Part shown: positions 24,101 through 33,531 of the stretch, in pieces
Position numbering within the stretch: the stretch's first letter is position 1
Layout: every line of letters begins with the position of its first letter
The notes under the pieces: generated by a model
What the model saw: only the letters and a program-made list of their open reading frames with translations
Told to the model about the DNA's origin: nothing
The model's database searches: none
Position numbers and translations under genes: made by a program
From: Phoronis australis
Taxonomy: Eukaryota; Animalia; Phoronida
Reading direction: 5' to 3'
NCBI GenBank assembly: GCA_002633005.1
Contig: NMRA01000429.1
Span: forward strand, 62,001-126,000
Length of the DNA stretch: 64,000 nucleotides

Positions 24101-26544
24101 TGAATTTAAGATCTTTTTATTTCAGCACGAAGATATTTGATTGGTCCACTAGTTGCATCTAATACTGTGAATGCCAGACACTGGTGGGGGATAACACTAA
24201 AATCAGAATGCACTAAAGTTGGTGCCAAGTTCGTCCCGTGCATTGGCAGAAGACGCTAAGCGATCCATAATGTTAATGTTTTACCCCTGCTCGGCACGTG
24301 CTCTATTGAAATTGATGGCACGTTGCTTGATTTGGTCGACTTGAAACGAGCAATATCTTACGTACATGTAAGATCTGATAAGAAAGTTGACATGGGGGTT
24401 CGACTGAACTCTTTAGCAGTAATCAATCACCTCTTGGTTGGAAAGTTCAAATTCGTCGATCCTTGACTCGTTTTGCAGCCTTTGATCCATCTGTTCTCAT
24501 GACCTTACATCAGTTGTCTCTTATCGTAATATCACGTTTTTGCACATGTAGCACATTTCTTCACCACAAAAGTGTGTGCATCCTGACAAGGCAGTTTTCC
24601 AGTACCGCACAATCTCAAAGCTACTCTACGTTTAACAAGAATCCTTGAGTGAACCATACTTTAATCACATACAAATTACAGAAAACCGTTTTCAGCACAA
24701 CCCGCATTTGGCACCTAATCAACATGACAGTCACGATACTTCAAAAAGATGGTGTTGACATGCAGTTCTTCATATTATAATGGTTAACGTGCAATCAGTG
24801 CATCTCAACAGTAATTGGTGTTAATTTTGAGCTTTACAGCTCTTTAAATGACTATTCGAGTAAACAAAATTGCACAAAATTCATTTTTCTTGGTTGACTA
24901 TTACACTTTTGATTTTACACAATTTTCGGGTTAAAACGAGCAATTCAATCTGTGAGAAAGTTTACTTCAATTCAGAAGACACCACCGAACACATGAGCTG
25001 TTCAGTCATTACTGGGTGGCCTATAGTGGTAAGAACTCATAGCCTTTTATCAAGTCTAAAACGTGTTACAGCTAATTTATCCATAGTGAGAAATCTTCAA
25101 TACATCTTTTTGTGTTTTCTTCAGCGAATTTGAGTTTTCAAACTCTTATTTTTAACCTTCTTTTGTCCGTTACTATCTGATCATATTTCCTCTGTACATA
25201 TCTTTAGGTCAATCATTATCTATGTGTTTTGTATTCACTTGCAACAGAACTAACTGGTTTCCCAAGATTGAATTTATATGTTGTGCTTTTCAACTAAGTT
25301 GCTATTTATGTACCTGTAAGCGAGCCTATGATATAATTTTGTTTTTTAAAAATGACTACCCTAGTTGTCCAGACTACCTTATTCATTTAACAACCCTTGA
25401 ATTTTCAACAAGCATTGGTGTATTAATTGTTAAATACGGCTATCCTTTGAGTGCCTCGAGTAGTGTGAGTTTCTCTGGTCTTACATTGTTTTCCCCCTCA
25501 TGGTCACAGTTCAATTCCTCTCACCGGCATCGAATGAGATATCACGCTATGCGGGTTCAGCTTACTGATGTGTCTTACTATTGTTTATGTAACACCTGTA
25601 TGGATTACGGAATCGTCATTGGCATGTGCCTCCTTTTANTACTTAATTGTATATATCTCTATGTATATAAGTTTCATTTATGAATTGTTTACAACCCAGA
25701 TATAATGCTTCGCGGTTTCTGGGTTTGTTATTATTTCTTTGTATGTTCTGTGTATCCTTCAATAAATATATATCACAGTGAAAAACGAGCAATTCTATCA
25801 TTTTATGTATGAGTGCGGGGGAGCGTACTTGCAATTATACCCAGTGGCGGATTTAAGAGGCGAGGGGGCAAGGTTGTCATGCCCCCCTGAATTTCTCCCA
25901 GATTCCGTTTGAGAGTTCGTTTGCGTGAATGTCTGAAGCCGGGCACAATCCTGTCAAATACTTTGACCTAGTACCCCCAAATCAAAATCTTCGATCTGCC
26001 CCTGATTCCACGTTTCCCTTCGTTTACTATTAATTTAACATATTATATATTTGAAAACTTTACTTAATATTCATTACTTTGTAAGTAGTGTTATGATATA
26101 TTCACAAACTGATGTAGGTGTTCGGGGGAGAAAGTCATACGCTGTGAACCCAAGTGTCGAAATTTTGCGACATATTTTCTTCTGAAGGAAAATCATTAGG
26201 TCAAACCGGCGATAACCTAAATGATGGCTAACAATTTTTGAAGAAAACGCACCCACCTGTTGAAATGGTAACGACAGGAACAATTACCCGCGAGTAGAGA
26301 TTTTTCGTGTTAACTGTGAAGTAGTAAGCGGCAAACTCGTCCTGTATTGAGTATCGCGAATAAGCATTAGGCCCTGTGCCTACGGTTCCGTTTGGTGCAG
26401 GTGCCGAAGTAGGAACTTTGGGCCTTATGTTCACGTGCACTCCGCTCTCTATGGCGTCTGTGCCGATGTGAACGTTACTTCCACCATACACTCTGACGTC
26501 ACCATCAGATAAAGACACCAGCACGCTGATGTTGTATAGCGGTT
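12..26544 (-). CDS. Gene A (spliced, partial): single-pass receptor, Ig(Tie)-Kringle-Ig(Tie)-EGFx3-FN3x6-RPTP-type juxtamembrane domain-TM; ~1160 aa visible
   Basis: 19 exons with GT-AG boundaries and compatible phases: 26257-26544, 23271-23504, 19985-20224, 18092-18223, 16184-16330, 15674-15805, 14783-15079, 12169-12230, 11709-11928, 9588-9896, 8883-9185, 7473-7690, 6855-6918 (=5663-5726), 6601-6707 (=5409-5515), 3434-3608, 1714-1822, 1314-1584, 408-471, 12-117. No in-frame stops. Start exon not identified; gene continues past the left edge. Confidence 0.9.
408..471 (-). CDS. Gene A exon: juxtamembrane linker
   Basis: EKKSHFQVFDVDGASDGQFVE; CAG acceptor and GTAAC donor; phase 0-1 links the two flanking exons. 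Confidence 0.7.
1314..1584 (-). CDS. Gene A exon: RPTP-type membrane-proximal domain with basic (furin-like) site
   Basis: YYMIVVNTRRKHSKRRRA...YIAAKL...FVVGDGEYYGGYMNVELDSGYLYKF matches the YIAA/FxxGDxxxYGGYxNxxL pattern of LAR/IIB/R3 RPTPs; phase 2-0. Confidence 0.9.
1714..1822 (-). CDS. Gene A exon: start of the membrane-proximal domain
   Basis: DLPDLALQMITKEDMTDTTVKIRLTPASGYTKGVYI; CAG/GTGAG; phase 1-2. Confidence 0.82.
2251..3078 (+). mobile_element. MITE family 1, copy 1 (degenerate)
   Basis: Colinear similarity to 38559-39300 (e.g. gttccacgag..ctaccaatgg); CGACCC-type subterminal repeats; 3' end gggtttcagtacaatc resembles the family TIR. Confidence 0.7.
3434..3608 (-). CDS. Gene A exon: FN3 repeat 6, second half
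   Basis: ISWNTGDESLLSKTVGPSILEFEVPNLKPGTPYKVHVAAKTSVGFGPPATTVCWTALP (LxPxTxY motif); phase 0-1. Confidence 0.9.
4611..4850 (+). mobile_element. tRNA-derived SINE-like element
   Basis: Pol III A-box-like TGGCCTGGTTG (4622) and B-box GGTTCGAGTCC (4665); no intact cloverleaf; body ends in an AT-rich tail; 3' boundary approximate. Confidence 0.6.
5409..5515 (-). CDS. Gene A exon: FN3 repeat 6, first half (copy 1)
   Basis: VPHKPNTVGCKERNQHTITVYWVEPSRKNGFLTQYQ; phase 1-0; identical to 6601-6707. Confidence 0.85.
5663..5726 (-). CDS. Gene A exon: FN3 repeat 5, end (copy 1)
   Basis: IRARTTDWGSWSSSIYEIIQG; phase 0-1; duplicate of 6855-6918. Confidence 0.8.
6601..6707 (-). CDS. Gene A exon: FN3 repeat 6, first half (copy 2)
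   Basis: Same sequence as 5409-5515; CAG/GTTAG. Confidence 0.8.
6855..6918 (-). CDS. Gene A exon: FN3 repeat 5, end (copy 2)
   Basis: IRAKTTDWGSWSSSIYEIIQG; CAG/GTGAG. Confidence 0.82.
7473..7690 (-). CDS. Gene A exon: FN3 repeat 5, first part
   Basis: APPAPTNLNVVQINPTLVIIGWSPPCPPNGIIREYHLKL...LRNLNMNNKYEFK; phase 1-0; truncated duplicate at 6287-6466. Confidence 0.92.
8883..9185 (-). CDS. Gene A exon: FN3 repeat 4
   Basis: PSEPPKSVRITDSSTNSLKFIWQSPPC...GLQPHAIYSFRVRAVNGELAGTWT; phase 1-1. Confidence 0.94.
9588..9896 (-). CDS. Gene A exon: FN3 repeat 3
   Basis: ...TINLTWAAPVNNGCPVKSYIIQY...NLRPYSGYEIRVRART; phase 1-1. Confidence 0.94.
11709..11928 (-). CDS. Gene A exon: FN3 repeat 2, second part
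   Basis: VPDWRCDDVGTYTMYY...CSEWTFKIQAHNKDMNSDIS; phase 0-1. Confidence 0.87.
12169..12230 (-). CDS. Gene A exon: FN3 repeat 2, first part
   Basis: LPQLPVLKLTTELNEIRVLWN; CAG/GTAAG; phase 1-0. Confidence 0.82.
12295..13445 (-). mobile_element. Decayed Penelope-like retroelement 3' fragment (RT thumb, GIY-YIG region, 3' region)
   Basis: LTHELPVNDKIPFLDVLV...SVYHKPT (Penelope RT C-terminus), DRYK..V..FLKRAY linker, then degenerate endonuclease region. Confidence 0.8.
13567..14468 (+). mobile_element. Second Penelope-like 3' fragment, inverted relative to the first
   Basis: VVHEFVxPVNEC...YIGQTVSSLSGRLSMHLQNGAIQDHF (GIY-YIG endonuclease) with stops; reverse-complement match to 12295-13175. 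Confidence 0.8.
14783..15079 (-). CDS. Gene A exon: FN3 repeat 1
   Basis: EVARLSHPPSISRSRTEITVTWRPWSDRTDHGVGPVHKYIVEYK...QYKIRIRI; the WxxWxxxxDxGxGPV pattern resembles the first Tie FN3; phase 1-1. Confidence 0.92.
15674..15805 (-). CDS. Gene A exon: EGF-like repeat 3
   Basis: ECPDNFYGADCSQSCGHCLSGLCDKFTGHCTSCHEGYKMPYCKT; 8 Cys; phase 1-1. Confidence 0.95.
16184..16330 (-). CDS. Gene A exon: Tie-type EGF repeat 2
   Basis: ACGPNRFGYDCRSQC...C..DPYGCSCATGFKG; DPYGCSCATG is the Tie2/TEK EGF2 signature; phase 1-1. Confidence 0.95.
17540..17900 (+). mobile_element. Possible Penelope-like 3' end remnant with degenerate hammerhead motif
   Basis: ttgtCTGATGAtGACacatgcaGTCtcgaatgtagcaa at 17770-17808, downstream of decayed coding-like sequence; boundaries approximate. 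Confidence 0.35.
18092..18223 (-). CDS. Gene A exon: Tie-type EGF repeat 1
   Basis: VCPDKRYGGLCEYDCPSCLNGGICHDITGECICAPGFKGRDCSE, comparable to Tie CxNxGVCHxxxGECICPPGF; phase 1-1. Confidence 0.95.
18960..19790 (+). mobile_element. Helentron/HINE-like non-autonomous element with internal ~450 bp repeat
   Basis: gaggatagcatcacctcactaa...gccaaattttatgaaaa repeated at ~19037 and ~19485; 3' end has a (GGAC/CAGAC)-type microsatellite, then the hairpin atgccgcc..gggcgcat and an A-run; left boundary approximate. Confidence 0.5.
19985..20224 (-). CDS. Gene A exon: Tie-type Ig-like domain 2
   Basis: ...DHGGVYTVVRRIGNKRQIRGILRLIVR; RLIVR directly before EGF1 is the Tie Ig2 signature; phase 1-1. Confidence 0.9.
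20560..22790 (+). repeat. Two diverged tandem ~1.1 kb units of an unclassified (Helitron/Helentron-like) repeat
   Basis: Units start aacg(a/t)gagc(g/a)ctcggaggagcgacactt (20562, 21670), carry GAT/GAC triplet tracts and end aaaattgcgac(c/a)tgtagagt..aaacaaaa; extra partial head at ~21842. Confidence 0.75.
23271..23504 (-). CDS. Gene A exon: kringle domain
   Basis: DCKENSLGLTYRGRLNKTQGGLACQRWDSQSPHTH...NNYCRNDGLEPGPWCYTT...LCSVPLC: 6 Cys plus YRG, CQRW, NYCRN and PWCYT motifs; symmetric phase 1-1 exon. Confidence 0.93.
25842..26004. mobile_element. Small hAT-like MITE
   Basis: TIRs CAGTGGCGGAT...ATCTGCCCCTG; degenerate 8-bp flanks attatacc/attccacg. Confidence 0.5.
26257..26544 (-). CDS. Gene A exon: putative Tie-type Ig-like domain 1 (divergent, Cys-free)
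   Basis: 288 bp open phase 1-1 exon, PLYNISVLVSL...DEFAAYYFTVNTKNLYSRVIVPVVTIS; beta-strand pattern and position match Tie Ig1; domain identity inferred. Confidence 0.72.
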
Positions 26545-27575
26545 CTGAAAAAATACAAGATCAACGAAAACAGTTGATATGTGCCCACATTGTACCACAC
26601 ACGTAACAACGGGCAACTATCTGTTCCATGCACATGTGCCAGTAGACAACAATTTTACCACAAGGTGAAGCTGAAATATCCAGGTATGACAACAGACCGT
26701 TGGTACATCACCTTCTGAAAAAATATTTGTAACAAATCATTCAATGCCACAGATGTAGACAGCAATAGGCAACCACAGCTGAGAGGTCCAGTGTACTTTT
26801 TCGCAATGGATAAAGTGGTTTGGCATGATATAACTTGCACAGTGCTGATGAGAATTTCCTATAGCAGATATCATATCTGACATTTAACAGCCAGTAATGG
26901 TTGCTACAGAAGTCAAAAGCGCCCGAAACACGGCTGATATGAGTGTATTGCCATCACATACCCCTGCGTCAAGGTTGGTTGAAATCTGTGTATCACCTCT
27001 CTAGTTATATACGAGAGACCCTCTTGTTCTAAACTAATTATTTTTAGTGCAGATTGAAGAGTATCATACTCCACAACCGTGACGCCCAACACACTTGTGC
27101 CAAATTCCATTATTTTTTTGTAAGAACGAGCGGAAAACTAGAAAACAGGGCACTTGGGCATACATGTCACTCGATGATGCGGCAAAAGTCAAATCCGCCA
27201 AAAATCAAATCAACTGATATCGGTACATTGCCGTCACATACATATGCGTCAAGTTTCACTAAAACCTGTAGATCGCTACCTTAGGAATCATCCGGAAACG
27301 CTTCTCCCAAATGAGTAATTGACATACTTGTTCGGACAAGAATGTTCTTTAGGGAATTCTTCAGTGGCCAAATCTTCCAAGTATCGACTGTTGTCAGTGA
27401 ATTGCAGGACCGTACTGAAACTCTTTGTTGGGTTTCAGTTAACTCCGTCAATTGATTCTTTAGCTCTGATCCGGAGACGCTACATGTATTTCTCCCAAGG
27501 TGATGAAAAAGGCTCATCGAGACCAAAACGGTTAATAGGGGTGCCACAGTGATTAAACCCGCCACTTAACCAGCA

Positions 27576-27750
27576 AGTTAACTTGGAATAAACGAATGTT
27601 GTGGTTTTTAAGCGAGGTGGCCTACTTTCAAATAATGGATGATGGGTTTTTGGCAACAAGAAAGTAGATACCAAATCGTACTTCAAGTACCTAGGATTCA
27701 CATTCTCCTGCAGACTTAAATGGACAGAGTGTTGTAGAGTACTTGCCTAC
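27576..27750 (+). mobile_element. LINE (L2/CR1-group) reverse transcriptase fragment
   Basis: VNLE*TNVVVFKRGG...W.F...YFKYLGFTFSCRLKW, a typical RT C-terminal KYLG motif with stops. Confidence 0.75.
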
Positions 27751-28866
27751 ACACCATTTGCTGAATCTTATCAAAATACATGTACGCTCAGGGGAGTTTT
27801 GAAATGCCGATGAGTCAAAAGGGCAACAGCAAAAAAATGACCGCTAAGGTGCTGGAATCGTCAAGTGCCGCTGCGTTTTACTGAAATACAGCGAATTGGA
27901 TCTCCACTAATCATCTTCTTCAAAACATAGAAAAGCCCCTCCCCTCTGGTGAGTGGAGAAGTGATAGCGGCATAGGTTGAAAAATAGTATGCAGCACTCC
28001 ATTGATGCATAACCTTCTGCAAATTTCATAAATGTTCAACCCAGTATATTTGACATTCATGTATGCTGCATAGCGGACACCCGCTCAATCAGAATTGGGC
28101 ACCCGCACAATCATAAGCTCGGATAGGATGACGACCATATGCGAGCACTTACAAATCGAAACATGTACATGTACGAACACACGCATGCACTTACATTAGA
28201 TACATGAATATGTGTGCGACCCCTTCAAAATGGAATACTGAAGTAAAGAAAACAAGCTTCATCGTAGCAACTCAAGCAAAAAGACAAGCATACTACGCGC
28301 CTCTGATTGTCAATTATAGACTTTTAAATCACTGATTGTCTGTCTGAGTACAATGAATGAGGGAAAGCTGTTAAAAACACTTTGTCTACTAATTATTGCG
28401 GTTTGGAAAGCTAAATTTAATTAAAATAGAATACTTTATTCAACACGCAGTAGTGACAAGTGTTTGGCTTGTTTGACAATTCCTGAAAATATATAAATTT
28501 CATGTTCAGTTTTTATGAAATATTTCCTTTAAAATACTTTGACATTGTTTGGAAACTGCAAGACATTTTGATATAAATAAGTTCAGACTTCAGTATCTAA
28601 AGACTGCGGAATTTAAATTCCATTCAGTTATGTCTGAGCTAGAGCCAAGAGTGCATTTTCACTTCAGGTATGCGACACGTCATGCGTCGTCGAAGCAAGA
28701 CCCATAGACGAGACGTACATGTACAGCAGTGGGGGATATGAGAAAGAAACACCCATATAAATTTGTTTAATCTTGCAATGTTCAAGTTGTAGTTTCCAAA
28801 CAATAAGGGGGAATCTCACAATAAGTATCATAGCGGTTAATATTGGACTCTACATGCGAATCTAAT

Positions 28867-28990
28867 GATAAGTATCACCACCACGGTGGTCAAAGTTGGA
28901 ATTGCCATGCAAAATGTGTTACGATAAGTATCACTACCACAGTGGTCAAAGTTAGAATTGCCATGCAAAATGTGAGAATCTGATAAGTAT
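28867..28990. repeat. ~56 bp tandem duplication
   Basis: gataagtatcac(c/t)accac(g/a)gtggtcaaagtt(g/a)gaattgccatgcaaaatgtg twice plus a partial third head. Confidence 0.85.
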
Positions 28991-30340
28991 CGCGAAACAA
29001 TGATTGAAGTTGGAGACGGATATGAAGATAATGATGACAAGTAATTTTGCTTTTTCCATGAAGAAACAGAACTACAAATTATTAACTTCACTTATGCCAA
29101 CAAATTGACTCCTTGGACAAGAAGCGTTATTTTGGAACATGCTTTCTTGTTTCCTTTTCTTCATTTCGAGTTTTTGTTTTTTTATTTTTTATTTGCAAAA
29201 CCAAAGAAGTGTATCTGCAGTACTCACCTTTCACCCTTGGACTTGTAAAATTCACTTGTATACAAATTTTGGGGCACCTTCAAGGATAGTAAATAACTAT
29301 ATCACACAATCTTGCTGTGACGTTGTATGATGAAACATCAAGAACAAACTAAATCATAAAGTGTTTTGTCATTACATTAATATTGAGTGGGGGGTTCGAG
29401 GCTAAATTAATAATGTTCGCCTGCTATTTACGAGTGTTTATGAAAACGATCAGTGTCGTTCTGGTCGCGAAAATCGTTGGAGCCACATGGAGAACTCGAG
29501 CATTAGTTGCGTTGACAAAATTTATTTGTTTCTTGTTTGTAGTTGCTCGGTTAAACTGTAATATACAAAACAAACCGTTCTATGAGACAATTGAACAATA
29601 CGTTGGTCGTTTACAAAGTTACCATATTAATATTAAACATTGCATATATGCTTATTCGGACAACGTCAAACTACTTGAGGCAACGCTAATTAAAGGTACA
29701 GAATACGCGTTACAATTACGTTGAAGTTCACACTATATACTGTAACAAAACTAAGTACAAAATACTTACACCAATTTGCGGCACAGATCCTGACTAAACT
29801 CAGAATTATCCTAAACTCAAGATACATGTAAGGACGTTGAAGTACGAATGAGCCTAATTGGGCAGCGTTACAGCTATAAACTATGGTGTGCCGAGCAGTT
29901 TTACATATACAAAATTCTATAAAAAATTCTATTGAAGAATAAGTCAAGTGAAAAATAGACGCGGTAGAAGCTGCAGAGCAAGCACATAAACCACCAACAG
30001 ATGGCGAAAATAGCCAGACTACTAACACATGAGTGCGTCGGCACTTACAGTCATTCTTCATCAAATATGCTTTGCTTAATTTACATATAAGTGTGTCTGT
30101 TGAAAGCACGCCGGCTAAGCTGCAATAAAAAAGAACGCGTTTGGCGAGTGTTGAGTGATGGTACATCGTGCATGCCTGCAGCGACCTCTGCTGATAACTT
30201 CGTCGACGCTTCGTTTTTACTGTTCCCAGTAAACCGAAGTTTCGCTTAGTACCAAAACTTTGCTTTTAAACTTCACTATTTTAAGGGGAAGTTTGCTTGC
30301 ACATTGCTTGCCTAATTTCTGCTTTCAATGTAAAGTTCTG

Positions 30341-30765
30341 TGGCAGGTTGCATGAATTAGTCCCAAATAGAAAGTCAACTAAGGTACCTAAGTCTTTATG
30401 GGTATTTGGTTCTTCATGGACTCACAGATGCAATATCTTCTATAATTTCATCTTTATTATGAGCTCCTCTTTGATTACTGACATTTTCTAACAATATAAC
30501 TAAAACTGAGCCGTGAGGTCTTTGAAAATAAATAAGGACTCAGTCCTTAATATGGTCGTGTTTCTTGAAAAGATCCCTACTTATTTTCGATAATGTTGAC
30601 AACTCAACGCAGAGTTCACTTTAGATCTGTATCAAAGTCAAAAGCTGACTTAGTAATGAAACTAACAAGAAAGGGCAATACATGTTTTCTCAAGTCCAAA
30701 AATAATCAGTAGATTTAGGAACCTGGGTTGAGTCCCTATTTGGGACTGTTTCATGCAACCGGGCA
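30341..30765. mobile_element. Harbinger-like MITE family 2, copy 1
   Basis: Long TIRs TG(G/C)C(A/C)GGTTGCATGAA..AGTCCCAAATAG; CTG target-site duplication on both sides. Confidence 0.8.
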
Positions 30766-32633
30766 CTGAGCACCAGCCGCAAGATATTTAATGTGATTCA
30801 GATTTTGAGCTTTGGGAAATATTTATTGATGTTATTGACATCGTTTCTTGTTCCTCATCTTAAGGACTGTTGGTTTGTTAATGGGAGTGTAACAGCAATG
30901 GCGAACAGGACGAGCGATATAAGCAAAGTGATTTCAATTGCAGCATACAGGACACACAGGTTGCTACCTACAGTTGTCTTAAATATCCAGAAAACGTACC
31001 AAGAGTGGCGTACACGAAGTAATATCGAGTGGGATATTACTTTATCTACGCCAATCGAGATACGTTCTGTATTCATCCCATGCGCTTCGAATCCCTAAGT
31101 TTCTTACATCTTTTCCGTAGATTTTTCAAATACATCACCTAGACTATTCACATGGCGGATCACATCCTATATGTATGAACTTGTTCGTTAGATTGCAAGT
31201 TTTCTCTTGTAAAAGAGTGAGTTTTAAAAGTAACAATTTATTTCTTGAAAAGAGATAGCAAAGATGAAAGCAACTGCAACTGTGCAGTGAACTTGTTACA
31301 TCTCCTGCAAATAGTTAAAAACAACATTTGATATTTTAATTTCCGAGGAATCAAGGCCTGAGTTGCAGGTGACATAGTATTCAGTAATTCAAAACTGAGA
31401 CATAAAAGTGTTAAAATAAAGTTTTGTTCCAGCTTTTACGTTTAGGGCCTGGTTGCATGTCCAGTGTTAGTTACACTGCTGCTACTGCATTACTTTAAAC
31501 TATATTTGGAAAGGTTGATGATCGAACCGGCTGAAGACGTCGAGTCGACATTGACCTACCTTTTGAACTTTCCATGTCAGAGGTCGATGTTCAAGTAGTG
31601 CGGGAGGTGAATACGGAAAACTTTTACATAGCCGTATTTCCCTCGACAGATTCAATGCGCATGGGATAAATATGAAATCTACAAAGGTTCAGCTTTCACA
31701 TCCAGTATGATATTGCACGTAAAATGAACAACGAAGGGCATTTCCATCAGTTACACAGTTTGACTCAGGTGAGTTAAAAAAGTAATAAAAATAGGTAATA
31801 GGTAAATATTTTTATATTATGATTTTTCCATTTTCACGTAGAACAAATATTTGTGTTTATTCAGTACGTCATTCTTGGTTTTTGTTAATTTGTCGTTGTT
31901 GCACCATGATGCAAGAAAATGCTCAAATTTGATGGTTTTCGAAGCCCTAAACTACCCAAAAATTCCGGGGCCCCGTTTTCTGTGACGAAATTTTTCTAAA
32001 TATGCAATCACAGTTGATTTGGGATGAAATCGGGATAAAATCGTGATGAAATTGTCAAACCAGAGATCGGTTTTCAAAGTAGTGTTAGACTGTCGTGCTT
32101 ACCACGCTATCCATGATTCAAATCCATAACGCATTGAATTGTGAAAGTAATACGGGGGTGAACTATTATACACCGTCCAAATGACCGTTCTATCTTCATC
32201 ATTGTCGCTCCAAGGTAAGATTCTACCGTCATGCCAAGCAGCCCCACAGATAGATGAACCCTGAAGTGCAAGTGTAACATATATACATGCAATGGAGATG
32301 ATATTTTACTGTAAATGACTGGGACGTAAATTTTACGAGAAATACCACTAATGAGGTGTCCTTGCTCTAAATACAGCTGTAATAGAAGCAGTACTAACTC
32401 TTTATATCCAAATTATTGTACAAAAAGTGTCCAACCCACATAATGTAAACACAATCCTTGCTATGCTCAAAAATGTTTTTAAACCATCATGAAATTGTCA
32501 CTCAGTATTCACTTTACATGTAAGTCTCAAATAGTACAATCTTAACTTATGCGTGTTAGAATTTTGCAGGTGTTTCAATTTTCCATGTGAAATTTGTAAC
32601 TAGAACATCTAAATCTCGTTAAACTCTAACTAA

Positions 32634-33325
32634 GGTTGTGCCAAAAAGCTTCCATAAGGAGAGAATGTGTATTATCAGAATCTGCAAATGTTGATGGATT
32701 TCAATAAAATCAGCAGGGATGTTGTTTTTGATATGGCAATAACAAAAAATCATTTCGAGAAAAAAAATATTCGGTTGCCATGGCAACGCCAAAAACTACG
32801 TAACATTGGTACGTCCACGAGAAACGTTATAACTCATTAACCTGTTTACATATTTCTGATCTGTTTTCTATGAATTATAATAAAAGTAAGGATCTACAAA
32901 ATTACAGAAGGAAATTCAAAATTTCTTAACAGTATTTTTCTTATACGGTCTGAAAATTTGAAAAAAAATAATTGGGGAAAAAACAATTTTTCAGAAATCA
33001 TAATTTTTTTTCAGTTGAGATTTTGAAACAGTGCTTCTGTAGTTTTGTAGATATACATGTAAAAATAGTGCATGCCAAATTCCATAAGTGTAGCCCAAAC
33101 ACTTTTTTATTTACAACATTTCATAGCCCAAAAATTTACAGTTTGAGAAACGCAAGAAAGAAAGTTAGCAATGCATTTTTCGTTATCATATCCTGTTATA
33201 GATGATATAAAACACAGTTTTCATGTCATTTTTAGCATTATTTGGTTAATGTTCATGCTAGCACAATAGGTTTCTTCCTTTCTGGTCTTCCTACTGTGTC
33301 AATTTGCTATTTTTGGCACCCAACC
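32634..33325. mobile_element. Non-autonomous TIR element (Harbinger-like)
   Basis: taa-GGTTGTGCCAAAAA ... TTTTTGGCACCCAACC-tag; AT-rich non-coding interior. Confidence 0.5.
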
Positions 33326-33531
33326 TAGCTCGACGATTTCTGCTGTCTCCACGGCTTGCTAGAACTAGTGATGTTCTTCATTAAATTTTGGCGAAAACTC
33401 TCAATCCACTCAACAGTGTTTAGCAACCATTTTCTGCCAAAATGCATGAAGGCAATACATCATTGTCCAAGACAAGTCCGATTACAGTTCCAACACCGCA
33501 GCGACACAAGAAACTGGGTTTGTGGTGCCAA

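Noticed and set aside
25639-25639. Fourth N as another duplicated overlap
   Set aside because: No repeated sequence seen on either side; treated as a plain gap or ambiguous base.
26659-26714. Small candidate exon just upstream of Ig1
   Set aside because: The only frame ending in phase 1 contains a TGA; the open frames are phase-incompatible with the next exon.
28867-28990. CRISPR-like repeat array
   Set aside because: A simple ~56 bp tandem duplication without unique spacers, in eukaryotic DNA with no cas genes.
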